From positions 15,984 through 79,983 of the forward strand of contig JAFZIV010000061.1 of assembly GCA_017554235.1 (NCBI GenBank): a stretch of DNA of 64,000 nt, written 5' to 3'. The position numbers and the translations under genes are program-made. Positions 1 through 9,084 of this stretch are shown in pieces (the stretch's first letter is position 1; each line of letters begins with the position of its first letter). The notes beneath the pieces were generated by a model. That model was not told the origin of the DNA. It did not search any database and saw only the letters and a list, made by a program, of their open reading frames with translations. The stretch is from Selenomonadaceae bacterium (GTDB lineage: Bacteria > Bacillota > Negativicutes > Selenomonadales > Selenomonadaceae).

Positions 1-1
1 C

Positions 2-475
2 TTGGTGATAATAATAATTTTTATTTTGTTAGCAAGTCAGCAAAAAATTTTTGTATTGACGGAAGTTGGCGGAAAATACGAGATTGTGACATCTGCGAGG
101 GCTGAAAAAAATTTGCCGTTGGAAATAAATTTTACTCATTCGGTACAAAAAACGCCGGTTATTGAGGAATTAGAATTTGATGGCGAAAAATTTATTTTAA
201 TACGAACAAAATATAAATCTCACGGTGTTGGTTTACCTTTTATGGAAAGTGACGGAGAATTTCGCGAAGAGGACGGATATTTTATAATGGACAATATGAA
301 CCGCCCGATTGAAAATCTTTCATTGCGAACGGGCGTCGGAACAAATTTGACGATTAAGCTTGACAGCGAAGAAATTAAACTTTATGAAAAATATCCTGCC
401 GGTACGTTGATTGACTTTAAAGTAAGTTCTAATCTTAAAATGTTTTTTGATAAAATATTCGGCAGGAACTTTTAA
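2..475 (+). CDS. DUF1850-like small membrane-anchored protein (5' end at or beyond window edge)
   Basis: The ORF is open at the window edge. It has an N-terminal hydrophobic helix, then the motif HSVQKTPVIEE...KSHGVGLP, which I recall from DUF1850 (TRAP-transporter-associated) proteins. The family call is from memory only. Confidence 0.35.
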   Translation: MVIIIIFILLASQQKIFVLTEVGGKYEIVTSARAEKNLPLEINFTHSVQKTPVIEELEFDGEKFILIRTKYKSHGVGLPFMESDGEFREEDGYFIMDNMNRPIENLSLRTGVGTNLTIKLDSEEIKLYEKYPAGTLIDFKVSSNLKMFFDKIFGRNF

Positions 476-532
476 AATAAAAAAATTCCCCCTAAATAAT
501 CAGGAGGAAAAATATTTACAAGAATTTTTATT

Positions 533-868
533 TTACAACAAAAAATTATACAAACTTCCGACTGCTGAATAATAATCCGTAGAAATTGAAGATTTTCCGG
601 TATAAAGCGGCGTCGAGGCATTAAAATAATTTGACAAGGCTTTTCTTGATTCATTATCGATGGAAATTTTTTTATTTTCATCGTAACCATTGATAGAATT
701 TTTTACTGCGCTTGAAAGTTTTTTGTCATATTCGGACAAAGTATTTTTGACTTTTTTCGAACTAGAATCAACGCGATTGTTCATAATTTGCGAAAAAATA
801 TTCCTTGTAAGTCGAGGATTATTCAAACTCATCGTGGCAAGAAAATTGCCGTAACCGTACATTTTCAT
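533..868 (-). CDS. hypothetical protein (111 aa)
   Basis: Uninterrupted ORF directly downstream of, and co-oriented with, the 881-1628 genes. No recognisable motif. Confidence 0.4.
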   Translation of the reverse strand: MKMYGYGNFLATMSLNNPRLTRNIFSQIMNNRVDSSSKKVKNTLSEYDKKLSSAVKNSINGYDENKKISIDNESRKALSNYFNASTPLYTGKSSISTDYYSAVGSLYNFLL

Positions 869-880
869 AATAAAATCTCC

Positions 881-1150
881 TTAAATCAAAACATCTACAG
901 AAAAATTTTCTTCGGTATCATCAACTTCACTCAAATGTTTTTCAGCTTGTTCAATCATTTTTTTAATTTTTTCGACTTCCTCCGCATCGCACCAATTATT
1001 TTTTAATCCTTCTTCGCATTGCTCCAAATCTGTCTGCAATAAATTTATCAGCGAACGAACTTTATTTTTAGAATTTGCGGCGGCAAGTTGGCGAGCGCGT
1101 TTACTTTCATTAAAAGCAACTTTTCCTGAAATTTTTTCTTTTTTTTTCAT
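881..1150 (-). CDS. hypothetical protein, possibly the C-terminal part of a gene split at an A9 tract
   Basis: 89-aa ORF whose ATG lies inside the A9 run (minus strand aatgaaaaaaaaag, about 1137-1150). It overlaps the end of the 1110-1628 ORF by 41 nt. Confidence 0.4.
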   Translation of the reverse strand: MKKKEKISGKVAFNESKRARQLAAANSKNKVRSLINLLQTDLEQCEEGLKNNWCDAEEVEKIKKMIEQAEKHLSEVDDTEENFSVDVLI

Positions 1151-1628
1151 TAAGAGCGGCTAAACATTCTTCAGAAATTTCAACGTCCGCGCTTTTATTT
1201 TCTTTAAGTTTTTCGAGAAGTTTTTCCCACCAAGATTTAATTTCTTCGCGTTTAACGGAAATTTTTTCACTTTTACTTTCGCCAATCGACCACATAGACA
1301 TTTCTCCGTTGCTGTCGATAATAACGCCATGCGATTTAATATTCATACTTGAAGGCGGCGGATTTAAATTTGCAACATCGTAAAGTAAAGCCTCGTACTC
1401 AAGCTTTTTTTCAGGATTTTTTTCCATTTCGCGCAGAATATTCGGCGCAATCGAAACATTATTTAAACCACTTCCGCAAAAAGGTTTAGTTCCGATTGAA
1501 AATTTAAGATTTGGAAATTTTTCAGACAAAGTTTTTAAAGTTTCGCCTTCGTCAGTTTGAGATTTTGCGTACTCGTAAGCCGATTCAGAAACGTAGCTGT
1601 TACCAACTTTTACCGGCATTTTCATCAC
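1110..1628 (-). CDS. hypothetical protein, possibly the N-terminal part of a gene split at an A9 tract
   Basis: 172-aa ORF. Its frame terminates 30 nt after an A9 homopolymer. Removing one A fuses it in frame to the 881-1150 ORF. Confidence 0.5.
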   Translation of the reverse strand: MMKMPVKVGNSYVSESAYEYAKSQTDEGETLKTLSEKFPNLKFSIGTKPFCGSGLNNVSIAPNILREMEKNPEKKLEYEALLYDVANLNPPPSSMNIKSHGVIIDSNGEMSMWSIGESKSEKISVKREEIKSWWEKLLEKLKENKSADVEISEECLAALNEKKRKNFRKSCF

Positions 1629-1707
1629 TCCTTTAAAAGTTTATCGTGAAGAAAATTTATACGATAAAAATTTTGGTGTGAAAGTATAAAATTTTGGAGT
1701 GAAATAA

Positions 1708-2220
1708 ATGTTAAAAATTTTTTCGGTAATAATTTTTTTAATGGCAGGATTTATTTTCCTTCGACCGCGTGAAGAATTTCCAAAAACTTTTCCGCAATTT
1801 ACGACGGTTGATTTATATGGCAACGTCATTACAAATAAAATTTTTGAAGGAAAAATTACGGCGATATTACTTTGGACGACGAACAGTTCACCTTGCATTG
1901 AAGTTTTAAAAAATTTGGACGTAAACTTGCCACAAAATTTTCAAATAATCGGTTTAATCGGCGATAAAAATTTTGACGCCGCGCAGATTAAAAAATTTTC
2001 TTCAATTTTACAGTTACAAGTAAATGATGACTTTGCTCCGCTGTTGACAAAAATAAAAGTTGTGCCGACCGTAATTTTCATAGATAAACAAGGAAATTTG
2101 ATTGAGTCGCCGCAATTTGTCAGTGATTCAAAATTTATTCGCGAAGAGTTAATCAGATTATCAGAATTAAATTTGCCGAAAGTTAAAACGTTGCGATTAC
2201 TTCAAGAAAAATTTTTTTGA
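1708..2220 (+). CDS. thioredoxin-fold (TlpA/redoxin-like) membrane-anchored protein with degenerate active site
   Basis: N-terminal TM helix, then a TlpA-like layout (FTTVDLYGNVI..GKITAILLWTTNSSPC...VVPTVIFIDKQGNL). The position of the CXXC motif reads SSPC, so only one Cys remains. Confidence 0.45.
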   Translation: MLKIFSVIIFLMAGFIFLRPREEFPKTFPQFTTVDLYGNVITNKIFEGKITAILLWTTNSSPCIEVLKNLDVNLPQNFQIIGLIGDKNFDAAQIKKFSSILQLQVNDDFAPLLTKIKVVPTVIFIDKQGNLIESPQFVSDSKFIREELIRLSELNLPKVKTLRLLQEKFF

Positions 2221-2281
2221 ATAAATTTTTAGCAACAAAAAAACTCGATACAAATTAATGTACCGAGAATAAAAAATTTTT

Positions 2282-3124
2282 TTAAGCTTTAAGTTCAACC
2301 AAATATCTTTTCAAAGCGTCCTGCCAAGTTGGAAGACGATTAAAGCCCGCTTCGTCCAAAGAATTTTTACTAAGCCGCGAATTAAACGGACGCCGCGCAG
2401 GTGTAGGATAATCAACCGTCAAAATTTCTTCGACTTCAACATTTTTTTTCGCCTGCTTAAAAATTTCCTTAGCAAATTCTGCCCAACTGCAAAATCCTTC
2501 GTTCGTCGCGTGATAAGTTCCAAATTTTTCAGTGTGAATCATATCGACTAACAGAGGCGCAAGGTCTTTAGTATAAGTCGGACTGCCAATTTGATCGCAA
2601 ACAACTCTAAGTTTTTTATTCTTATTGGCAAGATTTAACATTGTCTTGACGAAATTTTTTCCATTTAATCCGAAAACCCAACTGATTCTTACGATAAAAT
2701 GATTTCTGATGAGAGCGCGGACAGAATCTTCGCCCAAAAGTTTACTCCTACCGTAAACATTGCAGGGATTTTTTTCATCGTTAATTTCGTAAGGTATGTG
2801 ACCGTCGCCGCCGAAAACGTAATCTGTGCTGGGATAAAGCAATTTTGCATCAATATCGCGGCAAGCTTCCGCGATATAACGCGTTGCCATTCCGTTTACC
2901 ATTAATGCTTGTTCCGCTTCACTCTCCGCCTTGTCAACTGCAGTATAAGCCGCACAGTGAATTACGGCAGACGGCTGATGACTTTTGATAAAAGTTTTAA
3001 TACTTTTTTCGTCATTTAAATCAATTTCTTTACGCGACGTTGCAATAAAATCTTCGCCGCGCTTTTCAAGTTCCAACGCGACATCATAACCGAGTTGCCC
3101 CGTTATGCCTGTTACAATTACCAT
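2282..3124 (-). CDS. rfbD: dTDP-4-dehydrorhamnose reductase
   Basis: N-terminal Rossmann motif VTGITGQLG, then the STDYVF..G and YGRSKLLGE (YxxxK) motifs typical of RmlD. Length 280 aa. Confidence 0.9.
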   Translation of the reverse strand: MVIVTGITGQLGYDVALELEKRGEDFIATSRKEIDLNDEKSIKTFIKSHQPSAVIHCAAYTAVDKAESEAEQALMVNGMATRYIAEACRDIDAKLLYPSTDYVFGGDGHIPYEINDEKNPCNVYGRSKLLGEDSVRALIRNHFIVRISWVFGLNGKNFVKTMLNLANKNKKLRVVCDQIGSPTYTKDLAPLLVDMIHTEKFGTYHATNEGFCSWAEFAKEIFKQAKKNVEVEEILTVDYPTPARRPFNSRLSKNSLDEAGFNRLPTWQDALKRYLVELKA

Positions 3125-3140
3125 TTAAAAATATTCGCTC

Positions 3141-3521
3141 CTAAACTTCCTCAATATCTTCTGGATGATTTTTGACATATTCGTGATAACTTTTAACCTC
3201 ATCCCAAAAATTTTTACCTTCTGTAGCCTTAAGTTGAAAAGCCAACATTGCCACTGCTGAAATACGCGCGACTTCGTGCGGTTTGAAAGTGTCAACCAAT
3301 TTTTCAACTGTACGCGCCATTTCGGTGAGTACATCGCGTTCATAAGTTCCTACGCGATTCAGGAAAAGAAGGTCAAACATTTGCTGTTCCAAAGGCGACC
3401 AATTCAAAGCAATTCCGGCATTAGAGCGCGGACTTTCATGGTACTCAATATTTTCGTCAACTGCCCCAATATCAGGAATATACATTTCTTCTTCGTCATC
3501 AATAATAGGTCTCTTTTTCAT
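3141..3521 (-). CDS. hypothetical protein (126 aa)
   Basis: Clean ORF between rfbD and the lpt operon. No recognisable domain. Confidence 0.45.
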   Translation of the reverse strand: MKKRPIIDDEEEMYIPDIGAVDENIEYHESPRSNAGIALNWSPLEQQMFDLLFLNRVGTYERDVLTEMARTVEKLVDTFKPHEVARISAVAMLAFQLKATEGKNFWDEVKSYHEYVKNHPEDIEEV

Positions 3522-3639
3522 AGAAAAGAACCGCCTCCGTAAATAAAAAAATTTCTACGCAATGAGTATATCACTAATTGCGCAGGACTGCAAATTTTTT
3601 TTATATTAGTTTTTTTAAAAACATATTCAAATCCTAAAT

Positions 3640-4749
3640 TTAACGTGACGCGCGATAAATTAGCACTGTACCGAATGCCAATCCGATAGCATTGGGAATC
3701 CATACAGCGTAAATTGGTGCGATTAATCCGCTGACTGCAACGGCATTTGCTAAAGTCATTATTGCATAGTAAACAAAAATTATAATTACCGACAATGCAA
3801 AGCCCATTGATGAGGCATTACGCGTAGGTTGCAAACCCAACGGCACACCGATTAACGCAAATATCAAACTTGCCATTGGGATTGTAAATCGCTGATAAAG
3901 TTCCGTTTCAAGTTCATTAGTATTGATATATTGCGACTTCATAATTTCAATCTGCGCACGCAGTTCTCTCATCGTTAATTCTTCAGGTTTTTTCTGTTCG
4001 CGGACAATTTGACGGGGACTAGCCTTAACGGGTAAAATTTGTCGATTAAATCGCATTGACCTTGTACGATCGTCCTCTGAAATGTCGTAAATTATTCCCT
4101 CGTGCATAATCCACGCGCCGTCACGCCATTCAGCAAAATTCGCGTTTTCGACGTGCGTAACTTTGCCGTTATCGTTAAACTCCTGCATAGTAACGCCTTG
4201 CAAAGTTTCATCACTCGCTCGATATTCCCGCGCATAAACAAGCCGCTGAATCCTATCGTTCATAATTTCCTTAACGATAATGTGTTCCTGCGACTTCATT
4301 TCAGTATTGCCTTCAATCTCGTAATAAACGACATTGTTGTAAGCCGTCTTAGACCAGGGAACAATGTGTTCATTAAATAAAATTGAACAAACACTGACGA
4401 CAAAGCCCAAAAAAATTGCGGGCGCAGCTATTCTGCTAAAACTTATTCCACAAGATTTCATTGCCGTAATTTCACTGGAACTTGATAAACGTCCAAAAGT
4501 TAAAAGCGTTGCTAAAAGTGTTGACATAGGAAATGTCCACATAATTATGCCCGGCAAACCGTATATAAAAATTTTCACGACGGCAGATACAGACGCGCCA
4601 TATTCGGTAATGTATCGCGCTATTCGGAACAATGTTCCCGAGCCGATAAATACCGCTGTAAACGCGCAGATTGCGAATACTAATGCGTATAAAACTTCTC
4701 TTAATATGTATAAGTCCAAAATTCTAAGGCGCAATGAATCACGCTCCAT
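3640..4749 (-). CDS. LPS export ABC transporter permease, LptF/LptG (YjgP/YjgQ) family
   Basis: 369 aa. Three TM helices, a periplasmic beta-jellyroll insert, then three TM helices. It lies immediately downstream of lptB. Only one permease gene is present here. Confidence 0.85.
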   Translation of the reverse strand: MERDSLRLRILDLYILREVLYALVFAICAFTAVFIGSGTLFRIARYITEYGASVSAVVKIFIYGLPGIIMWTFPMSTLLATLLTFGRLSSSSEITAMKSCGISFSRIAAPAIFLGFVVSVCSILFNEHIVPWSKTAYNNVVYYEIEGNTEMKSQEHIIVKEIMNDRIQRLVYAREYRASDETLQGVTMQEFNDNGKVTHVENANFAEWRDGAWIMHEGIIYDISEDDRTRSMRFNRQILPVKASPRQIVREQKKPEELTMRELRAQIEIMKSQYINTNELETELYQRFTIPMASLIFALIGVPLGLQPTRNASSMGFALSVIIIFVYYAIMTLANAVAVSGLIAPIYAVWIPNAIGLAFGTVLIYRASR

Positions 4750-4779
4750 TTCTAGGGAATAGGGATTAGGGAAGAGGAT
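4750..4779 (-). repeat. Family C heptamer repeat, copy C1 (single CCCT-rich arm)
   Basis: The whole lptB to lptF/G spacer on the transcribed strand reads atcctcttccctaatccctattccctagaa, followed directly by ATG. These are TTCCCTA-type 7-nt units and there is no GGAGG. Confidence 0.7.
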
Positions 4780-5499
4780 TTACAATCTAAAATTATCGCC
4801 GAGATAAAATTTCTTGGCAATGGGACTTTCGGCAATTTCCTTCGCACTGCCTTCTACAAGTATAGTCCCCAAATTCAAAATATATGCGCGGTCAACAATG
4901 TTCAAAGTCTCTCTAACATTGTGGTCGGTAATCAAAATTCCCATTCCACGTTCGCGCAGATAACGGATAATCTCTTGAATATCGGCAACGGCAAGCGGAT
5001 CAACTCCCGCAAAAGGTTCGTCCAATAAAATAAATTGCGGCTCCAAAGCAAGACACCGCGCAATTTCTACGCGTCGACGTTCACCGCCTGAAAGTTCCGT
5101 ACCTTTACGCTCTCTTACGTGATTTATATTGAACTCGCTTAAAAGTTTTTCAAGTCTTTCGATACGCTCATCTTTGCTTAAATTCAACGTTTCAAGAATC
5201 GCCATGATATTCTCTTCGACTGTCAACTTGCGAAAAATTGACGCCTCTTGAGTCAAATAGCTTATTCCCAACTGCGCACGCTGATACATAGGCATTTGAG
5301 AAATATTTACATCAGAAATAAAAACTTCTCCTTCGTCAGGCTTTTCAAGACCGACAATCATATAAAACGAAGTCGTTTTACCTGCACCGTTCGGACCGAG
5401 TAAGCCGACTATTTCGCCTTTCTCAACTTTTATTGAAACGTCATTTACGACAACGCGTTTTTTAAAAGCTTTTACTAAATTTTTCGCTTCAATGTACAT
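4780..5499 (-). CDS. lptB: LPS export ABC transporter ATP-binding protein
   Basis: Walker [10 protein letters not shown], signature LSGGERRR, Walker B ILLDEP. 239 aa, in lpt operon context. Confidence 0.92.
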   Translation of the reverse strand: MYIEAKNLVKAFKKRVVVNDVSIKVEKGEIVGLLGPNGAGKTTSFYMIVGLEKPDEGEVFISDVNISQMPMYQRAQLGISYLTQEASIFRKLTVEENIMAILETLNLSKDERIERLEKLLSEFNINHVRERKGTELSGGERRRVEIARCLALEPQFILLDEPFAGVDPLAVADIQEIIRYLRERGMGILITDHNVRETLNIVDRAYILNLGTILVEGSAKEIAESPIAKKFYLGDNFRL

Positions 5500-5558
5500 T
5501 TTAGGGAATAGGGATTAGGGAATAGGGAATTACTTAGCCCTAAAACCTAAGCCCTAAT
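5500..5558 (-). repeat. Family C heptamer-hairpin repeat, copy C2
   Basis: The transcribed strand reads TAGggct TAGgttt TAGggct aag taa ttccctattccctaatccctattccctaaa, then ATG. The 5' arm starts with the TAG stop of the lptA-like gene. The 3' arm ends at the lptB start codon. Confidence 0.75.
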
Positions 5559-6807
5559 TATTCGTACCTCCCGAATTTTTTTCACGTTCAAAAACTTCAA
5601 CTTCCTGCGCGGACAATTCTTCTGACTTAGGCGTAGGTTCAGGCTTTACATTTAAATTTTGGCTGTCATCAAGGTAAACTGTTATGCGATTACCGCGCAT
5701 GGTATTATTATCTTGAATCGCCCAAGCATTACCCGTCATAACTGCCTTGCCACCATTCTTGCCAAAATATTCTACTTTATCGCCGCCGGCTTCCATATCA
5801 TTTGGCGGGCTGATTGCGTGCGCATTACCCGTGCCAATATAATATTCTTCATCAAGCCAACCTTCCATAAAGTCAGCGGTAAAATCTCCGTCGCTACTCG
5901 TCACAAGACCGCCTGCAGGTATTACAACGTGCTTTTTGTCATTGGGATAATAATCAACGTGATCTCCCAAGAAAGTGCGCCTGTCACCGGCAGGATATTT
6001 TTCATTGGGCGCAACAGTTTGAACGCCATAAACATTTCCGTCCGCCTGCATATGTCCCGTGCCGTCGCTTAAAAGTTTGTCGCAAGTAATTCTTACGTCA
6101 TCACGAACCGCAATAACATCATCAATCAAGTAAGCCTCTTGAGTCTGCGTGTTGTACATTGCGCGAAGACCCGTTGCCCGCGCAGTTCCTTGACGCAACA
6201 GTACATTACCAACCGCATTGATAATGCCCTTGCTTACGCTGTATTCCACAATGTCAGCGTTAAGTTCAGCAGGCTCTTTACCCGGCTCTTCTTGGTGCTG
6301 AACGTGAACATCGCCGGTTGCCTTCGCGTCTTGTGTGTTCATATGATATTCAATTTCGTCAGCTTCCAAATATGACGACTCCTTACCTGACGCCTGATGT
6401 TGGGCATTGACTTGACCAGACGCTTTAGCTTGTTGAGTTCCAAAATTATATTCGGCTTCATTCGACACTAAGTGCGTAGTTTCATTTTTCTCTTTGTCTT
6501 CGTGCTGAATATCGACATTGCCGGTTGCAGTAGCTATTTGTGCTTCCATATCGTATTCGACTTTTTCAGCTACTAAATGAAAAGTCTTTTTATCGCCATC
6601 AATTTTATGATGAACGTCAACGTTGTTTGTTGCTACGGCTTTTTGCGTTTCCATATCGTATTCGATTTCGTCCGCTTTAAGTTCGGAAGTCGCTTCAATT
6701 CCCTCAACTTTAATTTTAGAAGTCGTGTTGGTTTCCTCCGCAAAAGTTACATTCGTCATAAGACTTGCCGCAAACATTACGGCGAAAAATTTTTTACGAT
6801 TTATCAT
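5554..6807 (-). CDS. elongated LptA/OstA-family periplasmic LPS transport protein with internal repeats
   Basis: Signal peptide, then five or more roughly 35-aa repeats of the type L.ADEIEYdM.TQ.A.AtGNV.vqH (an OstA-like strand pattern). It sits between lptC and lptB. It is 417 aa, versus about 185 aa for classical LptA. Confidence 0.7.
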   Translation of the reverse strand: MINRKKFFAVMFAASLMTNVTFAEETNTTSKIKVEGIEATSELKADEIEYDMETQKAVATNNVDVHHKIDGDKKTFHLVAEKVEYDMEAQIATATGNVDIQHEDKEKNETTHLVSNEAEYNFGTQQAKASGQVNAQHQASGKESSYLEADEIEYHMNTQDAKATGDVHVQHQEEPGKEPAELNADIVEYSVSKGIINAVGNVLLRQGTARATGLRAMYNTQTQEAYLIDDVIAVRDDVRITCDKLLSDGTGHMQADGNVYGVQTVAPNEKYPAGDRRTFLGDHVDYYPNDKKHVVIPAGGLVTSSDGDFTADFMEGWLDEEYYIGTGNAHAISPPNDMEAGGDKVEYFGKNGGKAVMTGNAWAIQDNNTMRGNRITVYLDDSQNLNVKPEPTPKSEELSAQEVEVFEREKNSGGTNN

Positions 6808-6828
6808 AATGCCTCCCTAAAAATTTTT

Positions 6829-7425
6829 TCACTGCGGATTATTATTGCCTTCATTGGGCTTAGGATTTTCCGTTGTATCATCCTTAACGCCCTTCAAAAC
6901 TCTTGCATTACCTTTCAACAAAAATTTTTGAAAACCGTTCATACTCTCTGCGCGATCAGCAAAGGCTCGCATATCGTCTTTAGCAATTCTTACGTCCTCT
7001 GTTGCAATTAACATTTCTTCATTACTAAGCCAATCAAGATTAACCGTCTCAAGCTTGCCGCCATCGCCGTCAGTCATTACGACATCTCCTTCAACGTGAA
7101 CATTGTGTGTATCTTGATCGTAGTAACCTTGAATCGCAGTCAACTCCAAAACTTTTCCGTCTTCTTGAAAAAATTTTCCTTTAATGTTGCTAAACTCTGC
7201 GCGGTGGGTATTTGAATCGACACGAATTTTGTCGGAGGTAATTTCCCAAATTTTGACTCCGTCTTTTTCTTCAGTCAACGTATTATTTTCGTATTCCATA
7301 TAAGAAGGCGGTTCAACGTAATCGGAGGGCGGCGGTTTATCGGGAGTTGTTCGCACGACCCAAGTTACGAGACAAACAAATAATACCGCTAATACACCAA
7401 TTAAAACTTTTACTTTATTTTCCAT
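6829..7425 (-). CDS. lptC: LPS export system protein LptC-like
   Basis: Single N-terminal TM anchor plus a beta-rich periplasmic domain of about 170 aa. It is the first gene of the lptC-A-B-F/G array. Confidence 0.65.
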   Translation of the reverse strand: MENKVKVLIGVLAVLFVCLVTWVVRTTPDKPPPSDYVEPPSYMEYENNTLTEEKDGVKIWEITSDKIRVDSNTHRAEFSNIKGKFFQEDGKVLELTAIQGYYDQDTHNVHVEGDVVMTDGDGGKLETVNLDWLSNEEMLIATEDVRIAKDDMRAFADRAESMNGFQKFLLKGNARVLKGVKDDTTENPKPNEGNNNPQ

Positions 7426-7574
7426 ATCCCTACCAAATTTTTTTATTTATAATAAAAAATTTTATCACGAAAAATTGAAAAGCGCAATTTTTTAATTGGG
7501 AAATTATTTTCTACGTCTAAAAGTAATTACGCCTTATTTTATTTCCGCGCAGAGTTTAGCAAAAATTTTTACAT

Positions 7575-7605
7575 AAAAAATTGGCGGCTTAAAATTAAGC
7601 TCACC
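7575..7605 (-). terminator. candidate intrinsic terminator downstream of the PTS gene
   Basis: The minus strand reads ggtgagcttaattttaagccgcc followed by aatttttt, just after the stop at 7619. Confidence 0.45.
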
Positions 7606-7618
7606 AGAGGTTAAGTTA

Positions 7619-8944
7619 TCAATTTGTTTCTTCGGGATCATCAAATCCTAAAATCCATGTCGCGATAAATCCTGCAACGTATGAAACACCGACACCCAAA
7701 AGATAAATCGGAATATTATTTGTTGTAGCGGCAAGCGGCAATCCCGAAATTCCCAACGTCGCCGCGCCTACCATATTCGACGCTTGCACAGCTCCGCCAA
7801 ACGCCGCGCCTATGCACGCGCCTATAAACGGTCTGCCAAGCGGAAATGTTACGCCGTAAATTAACGGTTCACCTACGCCCATCATTCCGACGGGTAATGC
7901 CGACGCGATTGTTTTTTTGAGAAATTTATTTTTCGTCTTGAAATATACAGCCGCCGCCGCTCCGACTTGTCCCGCGCCTGCCATTGCTAATATCGGTAAC
8001 AAAATTGTTACGCCGTAAGTGGAAATTAAATCCACGTGTATTGGAGTGAACGCTTGATGAACGCCGAACATTACCATTGGCAGCCACATTCCCGCCAATA
8101 TCGCTCCGACAACTGCGCCGCCTGAAGCTATCGCACCCGTTGCCGCCGCACCTATTGCATCTGAAATTGCTCCGCCTATCGGTTGTAATACGAAAATTGC
8201 CGCCGCGCCCGCTATTAATACCGTAAACAATGGTGTCAAAAATAATTCAAACATTTCAGGAATAACTTTCCGCAAATTTTTTTCAAGCCATGCTCCCAAC
8301 GCCGCGACCAACACAACTGAAATTACTCCGCCGCGTCCCGGTACCAATCCCAATTCTGTAAGTGAAGGGTGCGTTATTATTGCCGCCAATACTCCGCCAA
8401 TTATCGGTGAGCCGCCAAAAACTTTTCCCGCGTTGTAACCTACGAAAAGATTCATTCCCCAAAATACCGCGTTACCAAAAACTTCCAGCAATTTGATAAT
8501 CTGCGCGGACTCAAGTTCAGGAGAAATTTTGAGCGTAACGCCTACCAGTCCCGTTATCAAGCCGCAAGCTATAAATCCCGGTATCAGCGGCAAGAATATG
8601 CTTGCAATTTTTTTAAGAAAAAGTTTAGCTGGTGTTGCATTTTTAGCGCGTATTTCTTCGTGCAAAGCTTTTCCGTCACCAATTCTTGATTTAGCCATAT
8701 CCTTAAGCAAAATTTCTTTGATAGCAGCGGCAACATTTGATGATTTACCCGGTCCTACGATAACTTGAAATTCGTTACCGTCTTCATTAGTACCGAGTAC
8801 TCCTTCAAGTTTTTTTATTTCATCCGCAGAAATTTTTTTGCCGAGTTGCAGACGTACACGCGTCATACAATTTGTGACGCTTATAACATTTTCTGCACCT
8901 CCGGCAAGTTTAAAAATTTTCGCGGCAAGTTCTTCGTTAGTCAA
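7619..8944 (-). CDS. PTS transporter subunit EIIBC (glucose/sucrose/MurNAc-type family), sugar unknown
   Basis: N-terminal EIIB domain with the phospho-Cys motif NCMTRVRL, followed by a roughly 350-aa polytopic EIIC domain. Confidence 0.8.
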   Translation of the reverse strand: MTNEELAAKIFKLAGGAENVISVTNCMTRVRLQLGKKISADEIKKLEGVLGTNEDGNEFQVIVGPGKSSNVAAAIKEILLKDMAKSRIGDGKALHEEIRAKNATPAKLFLKKIASIFLPLIPGFIACGLITGLVGVTLKISPELESAQIIKLLEVFGNAVFWGMNLFVGYNAGKVFGGSPIIGGVLAAIITHPSLTELGLVPGRGGVISVVLVAALGAWLEKNLRKVIPEMFELFLTPLFTVLIAGAAAIFVLQPIGGAISDAIGAAATGAIASGGAVVGAILAGMWLPMVMFGVHQAFTPIHVDLISTYGVTILLPILAMAGAGQVGAAAAVYFKTKNKFLKKTIASALPVGMMGVGEPLIYGVTFPLGRPFIGACIGAAFGGAVQASNMVGAATLGISGLPLAATTNNIPIYLLGVGVSYVAGFIATWILGFDDPEETN

Positions 8945-9084
8945 GTGAAAACCTCCAATTAAATTTTTACCGTTGAAATTTTACGCATTTTAAAAGATTC
9001 GTCAAGTCAAAAACTGTTTACAGAATTTACGGGTTATTGTAAACTTGAAATGGAAAATTTATTTGAACGTGTCGAGGATTTTTC

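Noticed and set aside
3125-3703. Small ORFs at 3125-3343, 3276-3542 and 3518-3703.
   Set aside because: They overlap the better-supported 3141-3521 ORF or the lptF/G 3' end, they lack an RBS, and their composition looks non-coding.
6577-7011. 144-aa plus-strand ORF across the lptA-like to lptC junction.
   Set aside because: It is antisense to two supported lpt genes, with a Phe/Arg/Ile-rich composition typical of reverse-frame artefacts in AT-rich DNA.
9016-9044. Inverted repeat gtttaca-N15-tgtaaac between the PTS gene and the DUF192 gene, as a possible operator.
   Set aside because: It is a single 7-bp inverted repeat in AT-rich DNA with no adjacent recognisable promoter hexamers, so it could be chance.
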